Of a stretch of DNA of 64,000 bases, positions 38,244 to 50,200 are shown piece by piece. The translations under genes were made by a program, and so were the position numbers. The notes beneath the pieces are model-generated. The model searched no databases and was not told the DNA's origin. It worked only from the letters and a program-made list of their open reading frames with translations. This DNA is from Mytilus edulis (lineage: Eukaryota). The DNA is taken from NCBI RefSeq assembly GCF_963676685.1, contig NC_092345.1:19282001-19346000 (forward strand), read 5' to 3'. How positions within the stretch are numbered: the first letter of the stretch is position 1; each line of letters opens with the position of its first letter.

Positions 38244-41200
38244 GTAAGTATTGATAAGGATCAAGAGAAATATTTTTCCTTCACTGATAATTTATAACCT
38301 GGAAGTAAACCAGGTGAAATGTTATATTAATTCACCATTTTTCTGGGTTGACCGAAATAAAAAAGATAAACAATCTTTGAATCTTAGTTGTCCTTATATT
38401 AATAAAAGTTGCAGAAATTATTAAACTTCTATATATACTACAGAAGGAAAGATAGAAAGGATGCAAATACAGTCTCATTTTGATAATTAATAAAATGCTT
38501 AAAATGGATGGTGATATTACATTTTTATACGACCGCAAAAATTGGAAAATATTTTGGTTGTATATTGGTATGACGTTGGCGCTGTCGTCCGAAGACATTT
38601 GTTTTTCGCACTATAGCTTTAGTATAAGTAAATAGAAATCTATGAAATTTAAACACAAGGTTTATGACCATAAAAGGAAGGTTTGGATTGATTTTGGGAG
38701 TTTTGGTCCCAACAGTTTAGGAATTAGGGGCCAAAAAAAGGTCCCAAATAAGCATTTTTCTTGGTTTTTGCACAATAACTTTAGTATAAGTAAATAGAAA
38801 TCTATGAAATTTTAACACATGGTTTATGACCACAATAGGAAGGTTGAGATTGATTTTTGGAGTTTTGGTCCCAACAGTTTAGGAATTAGGGGCCAAAAGG
38901 GTCCAAAATTAAACTTTGTTTGATTTCATCAAAAAATTATTTTTGGGGTTCTTTGATATGCCAAATCTTACCGTGTAAAATGTATTTAGATTCTTAATTT
39001 TTGGTCCTGTTTTCAAATTGGTCTACATTAAGGTCCAAAGGGTCCAAAATTAAACTTAGTTTGATTTTAACAAAAATTGTATTCTTGGGGTTCTTTGATA
39101 TGCTGAATCTAAACATGTACTTAGATTTTTTATTATGGGCTCAGTTTTTAAGTTGGTCCAAATCGGGGTCCAAAATTAAACTTTGTTTGATTTCAACAAA
39201 AATTGAATATATGAGGTTCTTCAATATGCTGAATCTAACCAATTGTATTTAGATTTTTAACATTTGGGCCCGGTTATCAAATTGGTCCACATTGAGGTAT
39301 AAAGGGTCTTAAATTGAACATTATTTGATTTCATCAAAAATTTAATTCTTGGGGTTCCGTGATATGCTGAATCTAACCATGTATTTAGATTTTGGATATT
39401 GGACCATAATAGGTAAATGTCCAATTTAAAATTTTTAAGTTATTAAGTTTAAGTTCTTAAACCACATTCATTCTGTGTCAGAAACCTATGTTGTGTCAAC
39501 TATTTAATCATAATCCAAATTCAGAACTGTATCAAGCCCCAACTGTTCAGGGTTCGACCTCTGCGGTCATATAAAGCTGCACCCTGCGGAGCATCTGGTT
39601 TAGTTCTCATATTGAAAACTTCTTCCTCATCAACTTAATTAGCCTCATGACTCTTTTAATAAAAAGAAACAGTTTTTTCCAAGATTTCAACTATTTTATT
39701 CATATGCATTTGATAATTTAAAGGTTTATGTTTAAATCTCCCTACCTTTTACCGGACTTATAGTGCTTGTTTTTCTTTTATTTCAGGGACCAAGTGGCCC
39801 CAGAGGATCCCCAGGACCCCCTGGAACACCAGTAAGTAAAAATAATTTTCACTTTGTCATGAATTGAATGACATGCAATTGCAATTATTTGAAAAAAATA
39901 ATTGCCTTTTATTAACATTCATTTTTAATAAGAGGATGTATTTTGTAAGCTGTTATAACAAACCATAGGAGCAAATATTTAATCAGTTCAAAAACCTTAA
40001 TTGTGAAATTATTTCCCTTTTCCATGTAAGAGAGTAAATTCTTATGTTTTATATAGGGATGGCTTTTTTTTTTAGATACAATAGCAAATATTTTTAAATC
40101 AGTGTGAAAAAATTGATTGTGAAATTATTTCCCTTTCCCTTGTAAGGGGAGTAAATTCTGTCTTTTTTGTTCATCTAGGGACCACAGGGCATGCAGGGTA
40201 TGAGAGGAGAGCCTGGAGACTCTGGACCACCTGTAAGTACATCAAAAAATAGTGTTCTTATAAATTTGTCGTTGTTGAAGCACTAAGGGGTAATGTTAAC
40301 AGCTATTAGTGGAATAAAATATCTGAAGATGAGGGGAACAAAATTCTGTCAAACCTTTTTTGTGAGAAAAAAAAAATGACACATGACAATTTTGCCAAAA
40401 TTTTCTTTGCATTAAACTTTGAAACAGATAAAAATCTTCTACAGGAAGATAGAGATTTAAGAAAATCATTAATTGTAAAGTTAACACCAGAACATTGATA
40501 TTCATGACATTTTACATATAATGTGGTCTTTTCTTTGCTCAGGGATCACCAGGACAAAGAGGAGCCCCAGGACCAAATGGAATTCCAGGCCCAGAGGTTT
40601 GTACAGTATATAAAAAATATTGTATTTTAAAATTCAATTTGCAACATGAAATTTTTTTACTGTAAAATTATATTTTGACCTTCTGTAAAAAAAAGTTTTA
40701 CTTTTTGTTTGTATCAGTTGTTTGTGCAATACACATGTGATGAGGATAGCAGGTATATAAAGCAATATTTTATTCGTTCATTAAATTTCCAGTTTGATCA
40801 TGTTATATTTTTATTCTTTTACAACTTAATTGTGAACCCTTATCAATTGGTGGTATTCTCAAAAGATAAATTATGATAAAAAATACAAGTAAAAACCTTA
40901 CAGATTTGTATTCTGTTTAATGGATGTTTGAAATGTCATGATTAGCTAATTCAAGATACCGTTATATTTTAAGATAGTTAGTGTGGTGTATCTTTTATCA
41001 CCAAAAGAATGGGCAGCGCACTCAGAAAGGAAAAATATATATATATTTCTTATTAATAAGAGTTTCAACTAGTAACAATTTAAGTCCCAAAAAATTTGAA
41101 ATAGACAACATAGAAGTTTTGAAATTAGCATGGGTGTACTCTGCAATGTTTCTGTAATGTTTCATTGAATTCATATTTATGCCCCTGCCGTAGCAGAGAA

Positions 41201-44200
41201 GATTAAGTTTAACCCTTGTCTTTCATGTTGTATATATTTTTTAGGGAGATTCAGGAAGAAATGGAGAGACTGGACCACGGGGCTTACCTGGACCAAAGGT
41301 TTGTTTTATCTATAAAATCTTATTTTAGGGATATTATATTTATGTTTTCTCAGTTCAATCTTAGCACAGAACAAATAAATAAATGAACAAATTGGACCTT
41401 GTATTAAATTTGTAAATTGAATGGTTTTATTGTATTACATTTTTATTATTGAAGAGAACTTAAAGTCTACTCCTGTGATTAAGTTAAAAAAAGCCTTTAA
41501 AAATTTGGTGGGAAATAATTCTCTCTAGATTTTTCATACATTTAACATTGGCGCCTTTTTCCTTTCAATTATGATGAAAAAATAACAAGGATTTTATAAG
41601 ATTTTCTAAGAATACATTTTAAACTATATGTAATCAAATTATGAAAAGAAAAGTAGGGGTTAGTTGGCAAATTTTTTAATTGTACTATTAATTCCGAAAA
41701 TCTGGCAAAAAAAAAAGAAAAAAAGAAAAAAAAGAGGAGCAAACATTCTTAACTGAAAATCAAAATTAACAGTGTGTGCAATACTTTTGTTAAATTTTTT
41801 TTCTTTAAAATGGCACATTTTTTTGGTGCCACGCCAAGATCAATATTTAAGTGCTGTTATTTTTAGATTAATAGAAACACTTATTAAATGTTGATTTTAT
41901 TATTTGCAGGGACCATCAGGAATAAGTGGTATGCCAGGTATGCCCGGAATTAAGGGACATCGAGTAAGTTGACGATATTTTAATATATTATTTGAATATT
42001 TGTAATCTGGAAAGAAGGAATATTGAAAGGTTTAAATCAACTTTAGAAAATGAAACGTCTAAGACCAGAGTTTTCAAGTGAAGGGTCCTCCATACGAAAG
42101 TCCACTGTCTTGTATAAAGCATAAGTTTAAAGAATGTGAGGTGACCTATCATTTTTATTATATTTTTGAACATCCATGTATATCAATATATACTAGAGTT
42201 TTGGCAAAGTATGAATATATTCTATCATTTTTAATTATACTCCTGTACCACTTTAAAATGAATATTGGTTGATCTTATTTGTATACTTTTGTGTGATTGC
42301 ATCTTTTTTTTAATTTTGTGTTTACTATTTGTGTTTATTTTTAATTAAAGGGTTTCAATGGTCCACAAGGTCCTACTGGTGAACAAGGAAGACCTGGTGA
42401 CAAGGTAAGTAATTAGAACAGAAGGTCAGAATGAGGTTTACAGAATAGAGAATAAAGAACAAAATTTGCAGAAGAAATGGCCTAAAAAAATGAAGAATAG
42501 ATAAACAAAAAAAAATAGGGGGGAAAATGGACATAAAAATTTTGAGAAGAGAAAAATTACTGAAAACTATAGACTTCTCAAAATATTAAGATGATCAATT
42601 ATCATTTTTGGTCAATAGCTACTTGACATTATATGACCCAAATATAACTTTAAGCGTAAAGGAATAAAGGAATAAATGTTAGGTTAAGAATAAAATGTTT
42701 ATATAGTATGGTAATTTTTTATCTTGTTCTGTTTCAGGGAAGTCTTGGATCCCCAGGAGCTCATGGACCTAATGGCCCCCAAGGACCACGTGGACTGCAA
42801 GGTGAACGTGGAACTGATGGAGGTTCTGGATCACCAGTAAGTATTTTTTTTTTCATTCAAGTTAGATTGTATTTAGCCTTGTAAATACATGATCTTCTAA
42901 TTGCTGCTTTTTTCCAGAAAATTTTGACATCACAAAATAAATAGATTATGTCACAATGCTCCATGACACGGTTCCTACAAATGACCCTAGGTCAAACCGT
43001 TTAATTCATTCATAAAATCAAAATGGGAATCTCATGTACTAATCCATAATCCAGTATATCAAAACATGATGAAAGTAGAGAGAAAAATATAAATCAAAAA
43101 GGAATTAAAACATGAAAAGATAGATACATCCTTATGCAATCAAATTAACATAAACGTTAAAATTATTATTTATTTTTTAAATTTTAGGGATTACCAGGTG
43201 TTGATGGCCTTGCTGGTGCCCCAGGAGAGTCTGGACCAGTTGGACGATCTGGACCACCTGGTATGCCTGGCATGCCAGGGTCTAAGGTAAAAAAAAATGA
43301 TTTTCATTTTCTTAAAAGGAATTTTGAGAAAACTTTGAAACTGGCCGGAAAACCTGATTGACTCTAAAGTGATTGAATTTTACAGATGAATTTGACTCGA
43401 GGAAAAAAGATATATACTGTAGCATACAGAAATTTTTCTCCGGGGACTACATCAGAAAAAAATTCCAACAACTTTTAAATCTTAAAATTTCAGTTTAAAA
43501 GGGGAGAAAATTTCTTAAAACTTTTGAGATAAAAGGGAAACTTTTAATAGAAATTATTATAATTTAAGGGTGATGCTGGTGCAGGTGGACCAAAAGGAAC
43601 ACAAGGACTTCAAGGTGCTAGGGGAGACTCTGGTATATCTGGACCTCCAGGTGCAGAGGGATTAGCTGGCACTGATGGTTTACTTGGAATGAATGGAGAA
43701 AAAGGTGCTTCTGTAAGTAAACTACTTAGGTTAGAATGAACTTACTTTTCCATTGCATAAATAGGAATTGGAATTAATACAAATTTGTTTTCTGTTGAGG
43801 TATTTTTTTAAAAAGAACTTCACTGAAAAATATGAGTTAATATATAGATTATGTAAAAAAATCTTTAAAAACCAGCAAATTCAAATGCAACATTATTAAT
43901 TTGAAGTAGATTTGATTGAAAACATGATATGCAAACAGCTTGATATTACTTTTAAAGAATTTGAAAAGAATATATATTTTGTATTCATTGTCTGTGTTTT
44001 GTTTAGGGAGACCCCGGACCAGCAGGAGCCCCAGGATATCCTGGACCAAGAGGACCATCTGGCTTAAACGGAAGTCCAGGTTCACTAGGAGCCAAGGGTG
44101 CACCAGTAAGTAGAAAAAGTATAAGCAAGAAAAATGAATGGTGCGAAAGTGTGGCTGCCTTGAAATGTTCAGTTATGTGTCAATAGTTGTACCAAGATGT

Positions 44201-47200
44201 GGTATGAGTGCCAATCAGACAACTCTCCATCCAAGTCACAATTATAAAAGCTAACCATAATTGGTCATTATCGTCAAGGTAGGGCCTTCAACACAGAGCC
44301 TTGGCTCACACCAAACAGCAAGCTATAAAAGGCCCCAAAAATTAGTAATGTAAAACCATTCAAACGGGTCTTCAAGCCAAGTACTAAGTGTTCCAAATTT
44401 AAAATTATAAAAAAAAGAGTTATCTTAAAAATTTAACAATGAAAAACTAATTTGTAATCCAATATGGCTGCTATTTACTATTGGACTGATTGAGTCAATA
44501 TTCAAATATAAATGTACTTAATTAGTAATTTAGTTCCTTGGAATATCTAGTTATCATCAAGAATGTGTTCAAAGATATTTTTTTCTTATCAAAATAGGGT
44601 CAACCAGGAGAGGCTGGATTCAAAGGAGAACGTGGACCAAAGGGTCTACATGGATCATCAGGAAACCGTGGACCACCTGGACCTCCTGGAAATGAAGGAA
44701 AGCGAGGACAAAGAGGAACATTAGGAGAGCCTGGACCATTAGGCCCACCTGGAGAAAGGGTTGGTATATGGGTTGATGACTATTGCTGTTTTATAACATA
44801 ATTTTAAAGGAATTGTCATTTTAACAATGTAAAGCTCTGGAAGAATTCAATATAGCTTAAAAAATGAATGCATGAGAAACATTTCATGCAAACATGTTGG
44901 TTTCATGACTTTAATATTATTATATGTTTGTCCCTTGTAAAAATACTGCTGTTTCTCAAGGTTTAGTGAAGATTTTAAAGAAAGTAAACAATTGAAAATT
45001 ACTTTTAAATTTTATGTAACTGACGTGATAAAAATTTTGTGTATAGGGACAAACTGGACAGAGAGGATATCCTGGTTCTATTGGAGAACCTGGTACCACA
45101 GGAGAAGAGGGAGAGACTGGACCAAGAGGGAGACGAGGAGAATCTGGACCATTGGTAAGTAAAAATATTAGACAGAGAGACAATGACCAATATTAGAAGT
45201 AAGACAACTTCAAAACATTAGATATTGAAGAAACCAGGAAAATGTTGAGACAGGGAGACTAAAAAAAACACCAATGGTAGGTCATCTGGTGCAAAAAGCG
45301 TTAATTTTTCATCCTTTTTCACGACCTGTTAGACAAAGTGATGCTTGTAGATACATCTAGAGTAGATCCAAGTGAACAATAATCCACAAAAAGTGATAAG
45401 GTCATCGTGTAATGAACTGTGATATAAGGTCATTGTGTAATGAACTGTGATATAAAGGTCATCATGTAATGAACTGTGATATAAAGGTCATCGTGTAATG
45501 AACTGTGATATAAAGGTCATTGTGTAATGAACTGTGATATAAAGGTCATCATGTAATGAACTGTGATATAAAGGTCATCGTGTAATGAACTGTGATATAC
45601 TCTGTTGTACTTTGCATAGGTCTTTGCATATGACAATTAATATCAACTTATATAAGAATAACTTTATTTTATGTTTCATCTTTTTGTAACATGTGTAAAG
45701 GATTAACATTGGACCATTAGACAATCGTATATTAGTTCCTGGTTGAATATTGGAGTGATTTTACAGAATATAAGAAATGATTTTATATGCAAATGATTAC
45801 AAGTTTCTTTCCAACTTCAGGGAGAACCAGGTAGACAGGGAAGTCCAGGAGCTAGAGGAGCAAGAGTAAGTTCAAGATTTCATTTCAAAATATAAACTCG
45901 CAATAAGAATTATTTTATTCCTTATTCCTAATTAATTTGAATGCAGAAAGTTATGTTGATATATAAAAGGATGTTTTCTGTTTTGAATTTTTTGATAATT
46001 TTGGCAGATGTTAAATATTAGGTTTTGTACCATTATCAATCCAGTTATTTTAATTAGATATTTTTTTTTATTAAACTTGCAAGAGTATATTATATACGGG
46101 ATGAGATATTTTATAGTACAACTTGTTTGTTCAAATTTATGAAAATGTTTACATTTGAGTTGTTAGTAGGCATAAAGAAATTGAAAAAAAGATTGAAAAT
46201 GATTTTTTATTTTGTAATAATATATTTTAATGACTATTTAGATTTATTAATTAAGGGTAATAATGGTATTAATTTATTTTCATAGGGAGGTAGTGGAGGA
46301 CCCGGATTAGATGGTATGGCTGGCAGACCTGGACCTGCAGTGAGTTTCATATTATTTACACATTTATACATTGAACTGGCAAATAAAAATAAAAATTGAT
46401 ACTGCTTACTATGATTTCTCAATTTAGAAAAAAAAATATGATTTTAAAAATCAAAAAGGCAATAAATGATTTAATGATATAATTGATAAAGTCTGTCTTC
46501 ATATGTTTTTAATGAAACTGATGGTTTTAGTGTGGTAGTATGTTCATGTTGTAAATAACAAAAATATTCATAGAATAGATATTTCACAAGTTTGTAAATC
46601 AATTTTAGGGAGTTACTGGTAATGATGGAAGACCAGGAGAGATGGGAGCCCCTGGCATCCCCGGACCTGCTGGAACACAAGGACCACAGGGAAACCCAGG
46701 CTCAAGGGTATGTACATTTCCAGAAAGAAATAAGATATCTCAGCTTTTTTTTTATGTTAACTCTATAATATTAATAATTTGTACTAAATTAAATACACAT
46801 TTTTCAGTATTGTTAGTAATTTTTGTTTATCAATTTTAACAAAAGTACTATTTCAGATATAATATACTTTAATTCTCCAAATTTTTAAATCAGCTCATTT
46901 TTTTTTTTGGTAAATATACCTGAATACCATACATTTTTTGTACCAAAAGATGGATTAAATCTTAAAAGAATTTCATATTTGTCAGACTCGGGTATAGATT
47001 TATATTTCATTATATAGGGACCTCCAGGACAAGATGGAAACCCAGGAGGCCAGGGTCCACGTGGACCAAATGGAGACAGTGGACCCGCTGGAGAAAGAGG
47101 AAACACTGGACCACCAGGAGCAACTGTATGTTACATATTCTCAAATCTTCTTTCTAAGATTTATTATAACTGAATTTTAATTTTCAAAACGATTATTATT

Positions 47201-50200
47201 GAAGCACCTTAGAAAATATTATTACCTTAAATGAAATGATCCTAAAGAAACTAACAAGTGATAAACATAAGAATGTTATGTTTAAAATACTAACATTAAC
47301 CTTCACCCTGTGCAGTCGAAATAGACTATATTTTTTGTAATTCAAGAATTTTCTTTGTTTAGATTTGGTTTTGTTAGATGAAATAATTAATTGCAAATAC
47401 ATTAAGATGACAATTTTATTTCATTTGCTGTGACTTGGATTTTTTTCAGGGAGAAGCAGGAGGCAGAGGACCTGACGGAAATCCAGGTGCTGCAGGATTT
47501 GTTGTGAGTCCTTTATTTATTAGAGTCAATTTATAATACTTGAGTTCTGAGATACTGTAAATTATATATTTGCTTGAAAACAAATTTTTCTTTTTCTTTT
47601 TTTAATATTTTGATTGAGGTAAAATCAGATACTTTCTTATATTATAGGGAGCTCCAGGTATCCCAGGAGGCAGAGGCGAGCCCGGTAAACCAGGAGAGCC
47701 TGGACCCCCTGGAGAAGCAGGCAACACTGGACGCACAGGAGCTAATGTAAGTATATATTGTTTATGTTTCTGCTCTATGGTCGGGTTGTTGTCTCTTTGA
47801 CACATTCCCCATTTCCATTCTCAATTATATATAATGAAAATGTTTTTGTTATTCACCCTGATTTTAAAAGGATTTTTTTAAGTTATATATCATTAGCAAA
47901 CTGAAATGTTCAGAAAAGAAAAATTTAAAATAACATTACTGACCATACACTTTTGAATTTTGAAACGAAATTCATGAAGAGTTTTCGTTGGACTTGGTTT
48001 GTAAAAATAAGGAATTATGATGAATCAATTAAGTTGAAATTTTTTTATGAACTTGCTTTATTGTACCAATGTATATGCTCTCAATGGTCAAAAAGATTTT
48101 GCAGAAAGGTTTTGTTAAATTTATTTCAAGGGAATAATTTTAATTTTTTTAATTTAGGGAGAGCGAGGAGTTCCTGGTGTGACTGGTGAGCCTGGTACCC
48201 CAGGAGAACCAGGAGCAGCTGGACCAACTGGTGGAGCTGGCAGGGATGGAGAACGAGTAAGTTGTGATTTATAACTATGAGTTGTTATATTCTGAGTTTT
48301 TGTTTGTATGATGATGATAGACTTTCGTTCATGATTTGAGCAGGTATTTCTTAAATAAAAACTTTTCGAGGGATATCATATAGGAGGAAAAAAATAAAGT
48401 ATGTACATGTATAATTCAAGAATAAAATAGGTCAAATAAATTGAGACTCTTAAGTTTGGTTAAAAGATTTTATTTCAATTTGTACATTGTATGAATTTGT
48501 TTGAGGGAAATCATTGCTAACACTGCATGCCAACATCCTCTATCTATTCTTAACAGATCGAATTGTCATATATAGAGTAAAAGTGGAAAGGCTGTGAATT
48601 ATTTTGCCAAATTTAAATAAATTTTGCATTAAAGGGGGCATTATCTCTAAGAGCGTTCGTCTGAAACACTTTAGTATAAAAATATTTTAGTCATTGTTAC
48701 TGATATACATTCTCATATAATGGATAAAAATTCATTATAAGTAAGCTCATGATTTTAGTTGCCATGTCACAGCCCCCATGTGTATTATTTGCTGACTACC
48801 TTAAAAACTATATTTTGTTATCTCTTTTTAGGGACAACCAGGTGATCGAGGAGAGAAGGGAGATGAGGGACCTGAAGGACCAGTGGTAAGTTGTTGTCAT
48901 GGGAACCATAGAGGATTTTCTTGTAAACAGACTGATCAAAACATATTTCTGTGATAATGTTTTTCAAATGAATTATAACATTATTTAAGAAATGTAAAAG
49001 TATCTTTCTGGTCCTCAGACAATATGTGGCTAATGTCAGCAAAAAACTGCCGTAGACATGTATTTATCATCAAACCAAAACATTTATAAGGTGTAAGAAA
49101 ATGCATTGCTAAAATTTAACTGTTTTCAAACTATAGTTAAAAAGCGATAAATTTAAAACGTTTTGTAAAACTTGGAGTTTATACCTCTGTTTTTGTTGGA
49201 ACGTTAGACGTCCTGTAAGCTTGATCGTTTGCCAAATGTAATCACAAGTGAAAATGCTTTGATGATCGTTAAACAAGTTTTTTCAAGTGTATGTTGTAGT
49301 CTGAAAAAACTATTAGCAACTTTATAAAACAAAGAAGGGAAATTTTGCAATAGAAAATTTTCTCCATATTTCAGTTACAAATTAGAAAAAAAAGACACAT
49401 ATTTTTCCAGTTTTTCAGTAGATTGTGTTCTCATGGAGACCCATGGTCTTGTTTGTTTTTATCAATTTTATGTTATTCCATGTCAATATAAAAAAAGATG
49501 TTGTATGATTGCCAATGAGACAGCTCTCCTCAAGAGACCAAATGACACAGAAATTAACAGCTATAGATCCCTGTACGGCCTTTAACAGTGAGCAAAGCCC
49601 ATACCGCAAGTATTTTATCAAATGTATGTGCTATTTTAAATATTTTTAATGTTATGATGTTTTGCTTCAACAGGGTCCCCAAGGAATGAGAGGACCAAGA
49701 GGAGAACGTGGACCTAAAGGAGAAAGCGTAAGTATACTTAAAAAGTACAATTGATCATGAAATTGTTAAAATTAATTTAGAACATGTCTTGTTCATACCC
49801 TTTAAATTTTCTTCAGATAGAAAAATATTTTCATCTTAAAATAACATAAAAAATATTTTGAAGTTTTGACAATGTTAATGTAACAATAGATTACAGGTAT
49901 ATGATTTTTGTCTCATGAAACTTTTAAGGGAGAATCTGGAACCCCAGGAGCAGATGGAAATGAGGGAAAAGTAGGATCTCGAGGACCACCTGGTTCCCCA
50001 GGTCCCCTTGGTATAATGGGAGAGCCTGCTCCAAAAGGACAACCTGGTGATGCTGGTGCACCCGGAGAGAATGGTGCTCGTGGTGCCCCAGGAGAGAGAG
50101 GACAACAAGGAGTAGTGGGAGAAGTAGGCTTGGCAGGACCAGGGGTAAGAATTCACTTGTATGACTTGTAAGGACTACACAGTTGATGTCAAAATAAATC

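Noticed and set aside
45393-45599. 29-bp repeats as a CRISPR array
   Set aside because: Units are contiguous with no unique spacers, there are no cas genes, and the context is a eukaryotic intron.
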